From Macrostomum lignano (taxonomy: Eukaryota): 64,000 bases of DNA. Under the pieces are notes generated by a model. That model was given only the letters and a program-made list of their open reading frames with translations, made no database searches and was not told the DNA's origin. The DNA lies in assembly GCA_002269645.1 (NCBI GenBank), contig NIVC01001654.1:190790-254789 (forward strand). The letters are read 5' to 3'. Shown here piece by piece: positions 10,832 through 22,700 of the stretch; the first letter of the stretch is position 1; every line of letters starts with the position of its first letter. A program made the translations under genes and the position numbers.

Positions 10832-12321
10832 TTAAAAGCAAAAATAATAAAACAAAAGTCTTCTTCTCTGACCTCGACTTTGCGACTCGACTTTAAGGGC
10901 TCCAGCCACTGCATCAAGACTCTCCAGCTTCTGCCTGACCCAGCCGATCTTCTCCTCGTCCTGCGTCTCCATGGCGACGCGTCTCTCTTTCTCGATCATC
11001 TTTATCTGCCGCAGGCTGAGCTCCACGTGCTCGCGGCAGTCGCTGTAGTGAGCCAGAGTGAGCAGCTCCTCCAAGTCCGGGTCTCCAAGCAGCTCTCGCT
11101 TCCAATCCTTTAGTTTAATTGCAGGTGCGCGATTGCGGAGCAGCTCAGCTTGGAGACTCCAGCTCAGGCAGCGGAAGTTCACGTACAGGTGGGAGGAGAG
11201 AGGCTGCGACAGTCTGGCTGTGAACAGAGTCTGCGTGAACTCGGGAAGGAATGGGAAGCGAGGCGGAGAGTCGCAGGGGAGGCAGAACCTCCACGCCCAG
11301 TCTGAGTCTTCTGGCAGTTTTCTAATGTAGCTCTCTTCTCGAATATGCTGTGGCTTCAACCCTGACTCAACCTGATATCTCTGCAGCTCCATCGCGAGTC
11401 TCTCAGCCTCCTCAGATTCTCCGAACTTCAAATGCGCCATGGCGGTCATGCACAGGGCGGCGCACTTGCACCACTGCAGCTCATGAAGGAGACTGAGCTG
11501 ACTCATCAGAGTGTCTCTGTTGCTCGATTCCGACTGCAGCTCGCTCACACACTGGTGCACCACACTGTACACGTCTGCGAACTTGTAGTAAATTGTTGGA
11601 TAACGATCACTTCCTTCCCTGATCTCCGTGACAGCAGGCGGCGCTGTCAGAGGCAGCAGAGTGAACGGGTGAAAATAGAACTTCTCTGACTGCAGAGGTC
11701 TCACGAGTCTCCTCAGCTGCTCGACCACTCCGCCGAAGTCGCTTCTCAGCTCACAAAGTCGGTCTCGAATCCTCGCCTTCGTGTTGTCGAAGTCGCCGCC
11801 GATTCCAGCGTTCTTGAAGTAGAGCAGAGCGTCGGGCATGAAGAAGTGCGGCATGCACTCATCGGGCGAGCTGCTGCCCGAGTCGATGAAGCTCAGCATC
11901 ATGTCGAGAGACTCCTTAAGCAGAGCGATCAGATTGTGGGGCTGCCAAGCGTCAATTTGAGGATGTGCGCCATGCTTCTTCAGCATGAAGAATAGCAGAG
12001 TCTTCGCATGGTAGGTCTTGAGTCCAGGTGTGTCCAGAGTGAGCGGCAAGTGTCTCTTGAAGATAAACTTGATGAGTGTGAACAGCTGGCCTTGGACTGT
12101 GCTCAGCTGTCTCATGATCCGTTTCTCATGGAAGCTGAAGCTCACTCTGAGCTCGTTGGTCGAGCTCGGTCTTGTCGCTCGCACGAGGTGAACATCATCA
12201 CTGAATGGAAGCAGTTTTATAACTCTGTGTGCACAGAAACTGCTGCAGCACTTGATGGCATGGCACGTGTCCTGTGCAGGCTGCACACCGCATGCTGCGG
12301 CTGTGACAGCAGGTTGGCTGC
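10832..12321 (-). CDS. Ankyrin-Mab-21/cGAS-like receptor (cGLR) copy 1, exon 2: third catalytic Asp, Mab-21 helical domain, C-terminal helical extension
   Basis: CTGCAG acceptor ending 12322; QPAVT..QDTCHAIKC; HLV..ELRVSFSFHEK; LIKFIFK; GLKTYHAKTLLF; CMPHFFMPD are Mab-21 family motifs. Confidence 0.85.
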
Positions 12322-12765
12322 CTGCAGAGCGCAGTGAGAGGAGAGTGTCGAGTGAAGAAGATGGGGTTGGTTTGCAGCTGCTTGAGTGTGTCGGTTGAGT
12401 TCGTGTGTGAGTGCTACTACTGTAGTCAATGAGTGAAGCAAAGTATTTGTTGAAATGCAGCGGTAAGGAGTTGATGATGGGCAGAGAGGGAAAGAAATTA
12501 TTTTACATTGTTGCAGTTTGTTGCAGTTTACTTTCTTGCGCATGGCAACTCATGATAATTGTTTAATAACCTGTGAGGTGGTGAGGCAGTGCAATGATTG
12601 GTAGAATTTGAATTGGTTGGCAGAATTTGTATTCAAAGCGAGTGCTGGATGGTTTTAAACTGAGCAAGGTGTGAAAGTGAGGTTGAGAAGTTCAGGCAGT
12701 GGGTATCGAATTGAGCAAAGTTGATGGGGCTAGTATTGGGTGGGGATGAGGCGAGCGTGACTGAC

Positions 12766-13996
12766 CTGCTCCGACTGGCACCTGTGCGTGGCCCTCGTTG
12801 ACTTGCAGTTGAGTGGCGTTTCTGCAGGAATCATCTCGTCCATGGCAGCCACCTTCGAGATGGAACAGTTGCCCATCAAGCAGCACAGTCCAGTCAATGT
12901 CGGAGTCTGCATCTGTCCTGCCGTTGACTTGGAGCAGACTGTTGGCCCAGCCCTCTGCGTAGCTGCCGGTCATCCGCCTGCCATCCTGTGTGAGGACTTG
13001 AGTGACTTTTTCCAGCCAGTCAGCGAGTTTTTGCTGACAGTTGGCTCTCTGTTTGGTGAATCCCGCCTCGTTGAGAAGTGGATGCAGGTGGTGGTGAGAG
13101 AGTCTGGAAGGTTCTGACTGGGGAACTGTCAGGGGAACTGACTGGTTGGGATTAAGCAGTCGGAGGACCTGCCGCTGCTCAAATCGCTGTGCGAGCTGCG
13201 CACACGTGAGGCCCTGACTGTCTCGATGGCTGGCATCGGCTCCATTGTCGATGAGAGTCTTGGCTGCTCGCACGTGACCGGCGTGGCAGGCTCGTGACAG
13301 AGCAGTGCGACCGTGTTTGTCTTGAGCGCGAAGTGAGGCGCCGAGATGGATGAGTTTGAGAATGAGTTCGTGCTGACCAGCATCAGCTGCGAGCATGAGA
13401 GCGGTGGCTCCGGTGTTGTCGTCTGGGAGATCGACATGCTGTGTGGCGAATCGGTGATGATTGAGCAGTGTGGCGGCAAGAGCGACGTGTCGCTGGGAGA
13501 TGGAGAGATGGAGTAGTTGTGAGATTTGAGCTGGCTGCATTTGAGAGACGGTTTTGTTGAGAACGGAGTTGGTGCCTTGGATGGCCAAGTTAGCAGTGGA
13601 GGTGAGGATGGTGTTGTATTGGAAGAGACAGTGCGGCTGAAGGTCTAAAGAGGCGACGAGAGGTTCGTGTCTTTGAGAGCAAGCGTAGAGTGCGCATTGG
13701 AAACGGAGCTTCGCTTTTAGATCGTGACTTGAGAGACAGGAGACGAGAAACTGGACGATTTGAAGGTGACCAGTGGTTGCAGCCCATTCGGCAGCATCGA
13801 TGCAGCAGGTGTCCCTTTCAGAGTGGTCAATGATTTGTGGGACGAGAAACTGGACATCTTGAAAGCGACCATAGTGTGCAGCTAGAAGAGTAGCGCTGAC
13901 GATTTCAGAGCAGTGTCCTTGGGCCGCAGCGCGTCGGGCAGTTTGGGTGATGCTGTCTGTGGTTACGGGCTGTTGGACACATTGATTCTGGTCCAT
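12766..13996 (-). CDS. Ankyrin-cGLR copy 1, exon 1: ankyrin repeats + nucleotidyltransferase GS/DxD motif
   Basis: ATG at 13996; ANK repeats (GATALMLAADAGQHELILKLI, GRTALSRACHAGHVRAAKTLIDNGAD); GSYAEG..DSDIDW; donor GCAG|GTCAGT at 12765; splices in frame to 12321 giving 2721 nt = 906 aa. Confidence 0.85.
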
Positions 13997-14069
13997 GGTT
14001 CTGGAGAGCGGAGCTGTGGTGCATTAGTGGTGCGAGAGCGTGTAAGAAAGAGACTTTGTGGAAGGAGAA

Positions 14070-14335
14070 AGTTGAAAGTGGATATGAAATGGAGAAGGAA
14101 AGAAGGGGAGGAAAAAAGAAGGGAAGGAGAAGGAGGGGAGGAAGAAGGAGAAGGAGGGGAGGGAGGGAGGGAGTGAGAGAAAGGGGAGGGAGAGGGGGGA
14201 AAAAGAAGGGAAAAAGAAGGGAGGGAGAAGGAGAGAAAGCAGTAGAGAGAAGGAGAAGGAGGGAAGGGAGCGAGAGAGGAGGAAGTGTGGGAGAAAGAGA
14301 GGAAGAAAAGGGGAGCGAAGGAGAGGGGAGCGAAC
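14070..14335. repeat. GA-rich polypurine tract immediately upstream of the cGLR copy 1 start codon
   Basis: Almost exclusively G/A. Confidence 0.85.
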
Positions 14336-14414
14336 AATTGGGGCTGCATTGTGGCTGTAAATTTTTATAAAGAATTTTTTAAATCTTTGTGAGCCCTACC
14401 TATGATCCTTGGTT

Positions 14415-14872
14415 GCTGTCAGAGTGACAGATGTCAGTCACGGCTGCTATCAGAGTGGCAGATGTCAGTCACGGCTGCTGTCAGAGTGGCAGATGTCAGT
14501 CACGGCTGCTGTCAGAGTGGCAGATGTCAGTCACGGCTGCTGTCAGAGTAGCAGATGTCAGTCACGGCTGCTGTCAAAGTGGCAGATGTCAGTCACGGCT
14601 GCTGTCAGAGTGGCAGGTGTCAGTCACGGCTGCTGTCAAAGTGGCAGATGTCAGTCACGGCTGCTGTCAGAGTGGCAGGTGTCAGTCACGGCTGCTGTCA
14701 GAGTGGCAGATGTCAGTCACGGCTGCTGTCAGAGTAGCAGATGTCAGTCACGGCTGCTGTCAAAGTGGCAGATGTCAGTCACGGCTGCTGTCAGAGTAGC
14801 AGATGTCAGTCACGGCTGCTGTCAAAGTGGCAGATGTCAGTCACGGCTGCTGTCAGAGTGGCAGATGTCAGT
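14415..14872. repeat. 31-bp tandem repeat (GTGGCAGATGTCAGTCACGGCTGCTGTCAGA), ~14 copies
   Basis: Read directly. Confidence 0.93.
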
Positions 14873-17049
14873 TCCAAAGGTTTGCGCAGCCGGTTTTACC
14901 GCTTCATGTCTCATCGACTCACTTTTTAGTCGAGCGGTGACAACCCCCGGTTTTATCAAACTTTTCTCTCGAGCAGGAGCTGAGCCCGTCTTTGAAGCTC
15001 CCAGGCAAAGCACAAAATGCACAGCAGTAAGTGCTTGTGGGCATGAGCGTACGAAGCCGTCACAGAAAGTCATTCCTGCATATCCTAAGGGCTGATAGCG
15101 CAAGCACAGGAAACTTTGGACGTGCGTATAACTCCACTGCGCATTGGCAAGCGGGTTTGAAACGCGCATTGAGAAACGGCATTTTTTCTGCCCCAACCCA
15201 AAGCAATCGATAGGCAGGGCGCACAGGAGACTTGAAGGGACCAGGCCAGTTCATTTCTCGAGCAGTTTGTGAAGATAAGCGGTGGCACCTGATTGTCTGC
15301 TCAAATTTTCAAATAGAAACAACCGAATTTGGCAATCTTGGTCTCGCTTTAAAGCTCACCAAATTATTTTCGACTGACTAGAGTTTCATTCGAAACTGAG
15401 TACGAGTTCATTGTTTGTGTGGTACTCGGTGCTGAGGCTGTCAGTGATGGTGAAGACTCGGTTCTGAGGCTGTCAGTGATGGTGAAGACTCGGTGCTGAG
15501 GCTGTCAGTGATGGTGAAGACTCGGTTGGCGTGATTGACTTCCGCAGTGAGGCCAGCTCAGCATTCTCAGCCTTTGTGTCACAAAAGCATGTCTGATTCA
15601 GTTTCATATTTTGATAATTTGCTGAGCTTTCATTTTGCATTCGACTTTCTTTGAGTTCTTCCCAGCTACGCAAACAGTTTCTGCATTAATATGCTTGCTT
15701 TATCAAGCACAAAATTCAGTAGCAATAACGAGGCGAATCCGCATGCACAACAGAATCCAAACGGTGCAGTCATTGCAGAAAGGGGGCTTTATGACTCAAA
15801 GCAAATGATATGTGAAAAGAAGACGACACCAAAATGACACGGGCAATGGAAGACTAGATCTAAAAATAGTAGCCGTGTCTTTTATTCACAAACATTAAAT
15901 CATAAAGAAATAAATTAAAATGTCGTCTCACGGTTCGAAAGTAGAAATGTGGAAAATTAGACAAAGATTGCGAATTTGTTCCATCTAATAAGAACTGACA
16001 CGGAATCGAAGATAAAGTAATAAAGAAAGGCAAGAAGATAAAAGATAGGTTGCAAGAAAAGATAAAGGTGAAATGTGAGATTCAAAGACTTGTTTGTGTA
16101 TGGAGAAGGAGACAAAGATGCAAGCTGAGATGCGGGAGAGGCTGAGAAGTAGATAGAGATGCAGCTGAGATAAGGGAGAGGCTAAGAAGTACATAGAAAA
16201 GCAGCTGAGATGGGGGAGAGGCTGAGAAGTAGATAGAGATGCAGCTGAGATGTGGCAGGGCCATTGCATACCGTAAATGCATGCATTTATATTTTCGTTC
16301 GTAAATACTTTTTTACAGACACAAGTGGAAAAATATTAAATTACAAATTACCACTAAATTTGCTGCTGGGTGGCGCCAATGATGCAGCCAGGCGCCCGGA
16401 GGCTGGCTGCTTGAAAATTGCAGATGCGCTTTGGCCATCGAGCGGACGCCCCTTGAGCCCTTGGGCCTCGGCGCGGTTGGCAAAAAAAGGCTCGCAACCT
16501 GCGGGCTGCGCCATCTGTCGGCCAGCAGCCCGTGAGCCGAGCTGGGTGACTTCAGGGCGCTTTGCAGCCGGATGGAGCAGCTCCGCCTGCGGCAGCCTCC
16601 CAGCTCGCAACCACCGGCGAAGGAGGCGTTGGAACTGCTGGCTTTGCTGGCGCCTCCGCCGTCCAGCTGCCTCCGACGCCCTATTCTGCTTAGTGTGTCT
16701 TTTAAACTGCTTGAATATTTCATATAACTGATTATGCATTTGAAGTGCATTCTTCTCACCTTGACATTTCGGTCCGCCTTGGCTGCTCAAGGACCCTATC
16801 GTGCATTTCGAAGGCGCCATGCATTTGTCCTGATGTGGCCAGCTTGGCCTCGTGCTGATCTGCCAGTCTGCCCTGACAGGCCCGCCTTTCTCTTCAGTGA
16901 CGAGTTCGGCCAGTCTTTCGTGCCGTCCGAAAGACTTTCCAGCTACGGAATGAGCTCGGCTTCAGAAAGCGACTGGCGTCCGAGCTTTCTTAGAAATCGG
17001 CCGGCTTTCCCCAAAGCCGAAGCTGTTTTGCTTCAGAAGAGCGCAGCGC

Positions 17050-17272
17050 TTCCGGCATCAGATCTGGGTGCCTTCATGACCTCGGCATCAGATCTGGGTG
17101 CCTTCATGACCTCGGCATCAGATCTGGGTGCCTTCATGACCTCGGCATCAGATCTGGGTGCCTCAATGACCTTGGCATCAGATCTGGGTGCCTCAATGAC
17201 CTTGGCATCAGATCTGGGTGCCTTCATGACCTTGGCATCAGATCTGGGTGCCCTCATGACCTTGGCATCAGA
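17050..17272. repeat. 30-bp tandem repeat (GGCATCAGATCTGGGTGCCTTCATGACCTC), ~7 copies
   Basis: Read directly. Confidence 0.9.
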
Positions 17273-17337
17273 TGTCATTGGTTTGAATTTCTGCCATTCT
17301 CAGCTTTCGATTCGAGCAGCGTTGCTATAGAAATATG

Positions 17338-17507
17338 GTTTCCTTAGCAACCGGATCAGCTTGATGGTTTCCTTAGCAACCGGATCAGCTTGATGATTTC
17401 CTTAGCAACCGGATAAGCTTGATGATTTCCTTAGCAACCGGATAAGCTTGATGATTTCCTTAGCAACCGGATAAGCTTGATGATTTCCTTAGCAACCGGA
17501 TAAGCTT
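17338..17507. repeat. 29-bp tandem repeat (TTTCCTTAGCAACCGGATAAGCTTGATGA), ~6 copies
   Basis: Period 29 (17341 to 17370). Confidence 0.9.
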
Positions 17508-17645
17508 AATAAATATCTGAGCAACTGGAATTCCCAGGAACACTCTTAGATGCCGAATTCTTAAATATAGCTGCAGTTAACGAGGCTCTCAATGGGAATG
17601 GAATCCTATATTTTTCAGAGACTGCACTTTTCCACAGCAGTTAAT

Positions 17646-18700
17646 GGGATCAGATAGGGTGTGGGATCAGATAGGGTGTGGGATCAGATAGGGTGTGGGA
17701 TCAGATAGGGTGTGGGATCAGATAGGGTGTGGGATCAGATAGGGTGTGGGATCAGATAGTGTGGGATCAGATAGGGTGTGGGATCAGATAGTGTGGGATC
17801 AGATAGGGTGTGGGATCAGATAGGGTGTGGGATCAGATAGGGTGTGGGATCAGATAGGGTGTGGGATCAGATAGAGTGGGATCAGATAGTGTGGGATCAG
17901 ATAGGGTGTGGGATCAGATAGTGTGGGATCAGATAGGGTGTGGGATCAAATAGGGTGTGGGATCAGATAGGGTGTGGGATCAGATAGGGTGTGGGATCAG
18001 ATAGGGTGTGGGATCAGATAGGGTGTGGGATCAGATAGGGTGTGGGATCAGATAGGGTGTGGGATCAGATAGAGTGGGATCAGATAGTGTGGGATCAGAT
18101 AGGGTGTGGGATCAGATAGTGTGGGATCAGATAGGGTGTGGGATCAAATAGGGTGTGGGATCAGATAGGGTGTGGGATCAGATAGGGTGTGGGATCAGAT
18201 AGGGTGTGGGATCAGATAGGGTGTGGGATCAGATAGGGTGTGGGATCAGATAGGGTGTGGGATCAGATAGGGTGTGGGATCAGATAGTGTGGGATCAGAT
18301 AGGGTGTGGGATCAAATAGGGTGTGGGATCAGATAGGGTGTGGGATCAGATAGGGTGTGGGATCAGATAGGGTGTGGGATCAGATAGGGTGTGGGATCAG
18401 ATAGGGTGTGGGATCAGATAGGGTGTGGGATCAGATAGGGTGTGGGATCAGATAGGGTGTGGGATCAGATAGGGTGTAGGATCAGATAGGGTGTGGGATC
18501 AGATAGTGTGTGGGATCAGATAGGGTGTGGGATCAGATAGTTTGGGATCAGATAGGGTGTGGGATCAGATGGGGTGTGGGATCAGATAGGGTGGGATCAG
18601 ATAGGGTGTGGGATCAGATAGGGTGTGGGATCAAATAAGGTGTGGGATCAGATAGGGTGTGAGATCAGATAATGTGGGATCAGATAGCGTGTGGGATGAG
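17646..18700. repeat. 17-bp G-rich minisatellite (GGGATCAGATAGGGTGT), ~60 copies
   Basis: Read directly, with 15-bp deletion variants. Confidence 0.95.
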
Positions 18701-18701
18701 A

Positions 18702-19529
18702 TGGCGCCAATACAGATGAGTCAGTGGCGCCAATACAGATGAGTCAGTGGCACCAATTGCAGTTGAGTCAGTGGCGCCAATACAGATGAGTCAGTGGCAC
18801 CAATTGCAGATGAGTCAGTGGCGCCAATACAGATGAGTCAGTGGCACCAATTGCAGATGAGTCAGTGGCACCAATTGCAGATGAGTCAGTGGCACCAATT
18901 GCAGATGAGTCAGTGGCACCAATTGCAGATGAGTCAGTGGCACCAATTGCAGATGAGTCAGTGGCACCAATTGCAGTTGAGTCAGTGGCACCAATTGCAG
19001 ATGAGTCAGTGGCACCAATTGCAGATGAGTCAGTGGCACCAATTGCAGATGAGTCAGTGGCGCCAATACAGATGAGTCAGTGGCACCAATTGCAGATGAG
19101 TCAGTGGCACCAATTGCAGTTGAGTCAGTGGCACCAATTGCAGTTGAGTCAGTGGCACCAATTGCAGTTGAGTCAGTGGCACCAATTGCAGATGAGTCAG
19201 TGGCACCAATTGCAGATGAGTCAGTGGCACCAATTGCAGATGAGTCAGTGGCGCCAATACAGATGAGTCAGTGGCACCAATTGCAGATGAGTCAGTGGCG
19301 CCAATACAGATGAGTCAGTGGCGCCAATACAGATGAGTCAGTGGCACCAATTGCAGATGAGTCAGTGGCACCAATTGCAGATGAGTCAGTGGCGCCAATA
19401 CAGATGAGTCAGTGGCGCCAATACAGATGAGTCAGTGGCGCCAATACAGATGAGTCAGTGGCGCTAATACAGATGAGTCAGTGGCACCAATTGCAGATGA
19501 GTCAGTGGCGCTAATACAGATGAGTCAGT
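18702..19529. repeat. 23/24-bp minisatellite (TGGCACCAATTGCAGATGAGTCAG / TGGCGCCAATACAGATGAGTCAG)
   Basis: Read directly. Confidence 0.95.
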
Positions 19530-19719
19530 CATGATCTAGAGATAACCATTTAAAGATGAAAGTTAAAAAGTCTCAAAACATTTGTACAAGCGTATATTTT
19601 TGCGCATATTTCCTAGAAAGCTTTGTTTCCTAGAAAGCGGTTTAGACTAAATAAATTGAGCTGGGAGATTCATTTGTTTGATTGATTATCTATGCAGTGT
19701 TCTTTCCTCTGCGTTTCTT

Positions 19720-22700
19720 TGGCTGTGTCAGGCTGTATTTGGCTGTTTGAGGGCTGCCTTTGGCTGTGTCAGGCTGTATTTGGCTGTTTGAGGGCTGCCT
19801 TTGGCTGTGTCAGGCTGTATTTGGCTGTTTGAGGGCTGCCTTTGGCTGTGTCAGGCTGTATTTGGCTGTTTGAGGGCTGCCTGTGGCTGTGTCAGGCTGT
19901 ATTTGGCTGTTTGAGGGCTGCCTGTGGCTGTGTCAGGCTGTATTTGGCTGTTTGAGGGCTGCCTGTGGCTGTGTCAGGCTGTATTTGGCTGTTTGAGGGC
20001 TGCCTGTGGCTGTGTCAGGCTGTATTTGGCTGTTTGAGGGCTGCCTTTGGCTGTGTCAGGCTGTATTTGGCTGTTTGAGGGCTGCCTTTGGCTGTGTCAG
20101 GCTGTATTTGGCTGTTTGAGGGCTGCCTTTGGCTGTGTCAGGCTGTATTTGGCTGTTTGAGGGCTGCCTGTGGCTGTGTCAGGCTGTATTTGGCTGTTTG
20201 AGGGCTGCCTGTGGCTGTGTCAGGCTGTATTTGGCTGTTTGAGGGCTGCCTGTGGCTGTGTCAGGCTGTATTTGGCTGTTTGAGGGCTGCCTGTGGCTGT
20301 GTCAGGCTGTATTTGGCTGTTTGAGGGCTGCCTGTGGCTGTGTCAGGCTGTATTTGGCTGTTTGAGGGCTGCCTGTGGCTGTGTCAGGCTGTATTTGGCT
20401 GTTTGAGGGCTGCCTGTGGCTGTGTCAGGCTGTATTTGGCTGTTTGAGGGCTGCCTGTGGCTGTGTCAGGCTGTATTTGGCTGTTTGAGGGCTGCCTGTG
20501 GCTGTGTCAGGCTGTATTTGGCTGTTTGAGGGCTGCCTGTGGCTGTGTCAGGCTGTATTTGGCTGTGTGAGGGCTGCCTGTGGCTGTGTCAGGCTGTATT
20601 TGGCTGTGTGAGGGCTGCCTTTGGCTGTGTCAGGCTGTATTTGGCTGTGTGAGGGCTGCCTGTCGCTGTTTGAGGGCTGCCTTTGGCTGTGTGAGGGCTG
20701 CCTTTGGCTGTGTCAGGCTGTATTTGGCTGTGTGAGGGCTGCCTGTGGCTGTGTCAGGCTGTATTTGGCTGTTTGAGGGCTGCCTGTGGCTGTGTCAGGC
20801 TGTATTTGGCTGTTTGAGGGCTGCCTGTGGCTGTGTCAGGCTGTATTTGGCTGTTTGAGGGCTGCCTGTGGCTGTGTCAGGCTGTATTTGGCTGTTTGAG
20901 GGCTGCCTGTGGCTGTGTCAGGCTGTATTTGGCTGTTTGAGGGCTGCCTGTGGCTGTGTCAGGCTGTATTTGGCTGTTTGAGGGCTGCCTGTGGCTGTGT
21001 CAGGCTGTATTTGGCTGTTTGAGGGCTGCCTGTGGCTGTGTCAGGCTGTATTTGGCTGTGTGAGGGCTGCCTGTGGCTGTGTCAGGCTGTATTTGGCTGT
21101 TTGAGGGCTGCCTGTGGCTGTGTCAGGCTGTATTTGGCTGTGTGAGGGCTGCCTGTGGCTGTGTCAGGCTGTATTTGGCTGTTTGAGGGCTGCCTGTGGC
21201 TGTGTCAGGCTGTATTTGGCTGTGTGAGGGCTGCCTGTGGCTGTGTCAGGCTGTATTTGGCTGTGTGAGGGCTGCATTTGGCTGTGTCAGGCTGTATTTG
21301 GCTGTTTGAGGGCTGCCTGTGGCTGTGTCAGGCTGTATTTGGCTGTGTGAGGGCTGCCTGTGGCTGTGTCAGGCTGTATTTGGCTGTTTGAGGGCTGCCT
21401 GTGGCTGTGTCAGGCTGTATTTGGCTGTGTGAGGGCTGCCTTTGGCTGTGTCAGGCTGTATTTGGCTGTTTGAGGGCTGCCTGTGGCTGTGTCAGGCTGT
21501 ATTTGGCTGTGTGAGGGCTGCCTGTGGCTGTGTCAGGCTGTATTTGGCTGTGTGAGGGCTGCCTTTGGCTGTGTCAGGCTGTATTTGGCTGTGTGAGGGC
21601 TGCCTGTCGCTGTTTGAGGGCTGCCTTTGGCTGTGTGAGGGCTGCCTTTGGCTGTGTCAGGCTGTATTTGGCTGTGTGAGGGCTGCCTGTGGCTGTGTCA
21701 GGCTGTATTTGGCTGTTTGAGGGCTGCCTGTGGCTGTGTCAGGCTGTATTTGGCTGTTTGAGGGCTGCCTGTGGCTGTGTCAGGCTGTATTTGGCTGTTT
21801 GAGGGCTGCCTGTGGCTGTGTCAGGCTGTATTTGGCTGTTTGAGGGCTGCCTGTGGCTGTGTCAGGCTGTATTTGGCTGTTTGAGGGCTGCCTGTGGCTG
21901 TGTCAGGCTGTATTTGGCTGTTTGAGGGCTGCCTGTGGCTGTGTCAGGCTGTATTTGGCTGTTTGAGGGCTGCCTGTGGCTGTGTCAGGCTGTATTTGGC
22001 TGTTTGAGGGCTGCCTGTGGCTGTGTCAGGCTGTATTTGGCTGTTTGAGGGCTGCCTGTGGCTGTGTCAGGCTGTATTTGGCTGTTTGAGGGCTGCCTGT
22101 GGCTGTGTCAGGCTGTATTTGGCTGTGTGAGGGCTGCCTGTGGCTGTGTCAGGCTGTATTTGGCTGTGTGAGGGCTGCCTGTGGCTGTGTCAGGCTGTAT
22201 TTGGCTGTGTGAGGGCTGCCTGTGGCTGTGTCAGGCTGTATTTGGCTGTTTGAGGGCTGCCTGTGGCTGTGTCAGGCTGTATTTGGCTGTGTGAGGGCTG
22301 CCTGTGGCTGTGTCAGGCTGTATTTGGCTGTTTGAGGGCTGCCTGTGGCTGTGTCAGGCTGTATTTGGCTGTTTGAGGGCTGCCTTTGGCTGTGTCAGGC
22401 TGTATTTGGCTGTGTGAGGGCTGCCTGTGGCTGTGTCAGGCTGTATTTGGCTGTTTGAGGGCTGCCTGTGGCTGTGTCAGGCTGTATTTGGCTGTGTGAG
22501 GGCTGCCTGTGGCTGTGTCAGGCTGTATTTGGCTGTGTGAGGGCTGCCTTTGGCTGTGTCAGGCTGTATTTGGCTGTTTGAGGGCTGCCTGTGGCTGTGT
22601 CAGGCTGTATTTGGCTGTGTGAGGGCTGCCTGTGGCTGTGTCAGGCTGTATTTGGCTGTGTGAGGGCTGCCTTTGGCTGTGTCAGGCTGTATTTGGCTGT

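Noticed and set aside
12175-12200. VHLVRA read as a third catalytic Asp mutated to His
   Set aside because: It matches the conserved Mab-21 HLVP..EWRxSFS motif; the better third-Asp candidate is upstream in QDTCHAIxC and is intact in copies 1 and 3.
16250-17330. Overlapping GC-rich ORFs of 150-200 aa
   Set aside because: May include real exons, but I recognised no domain and could not build a consistent splice model.
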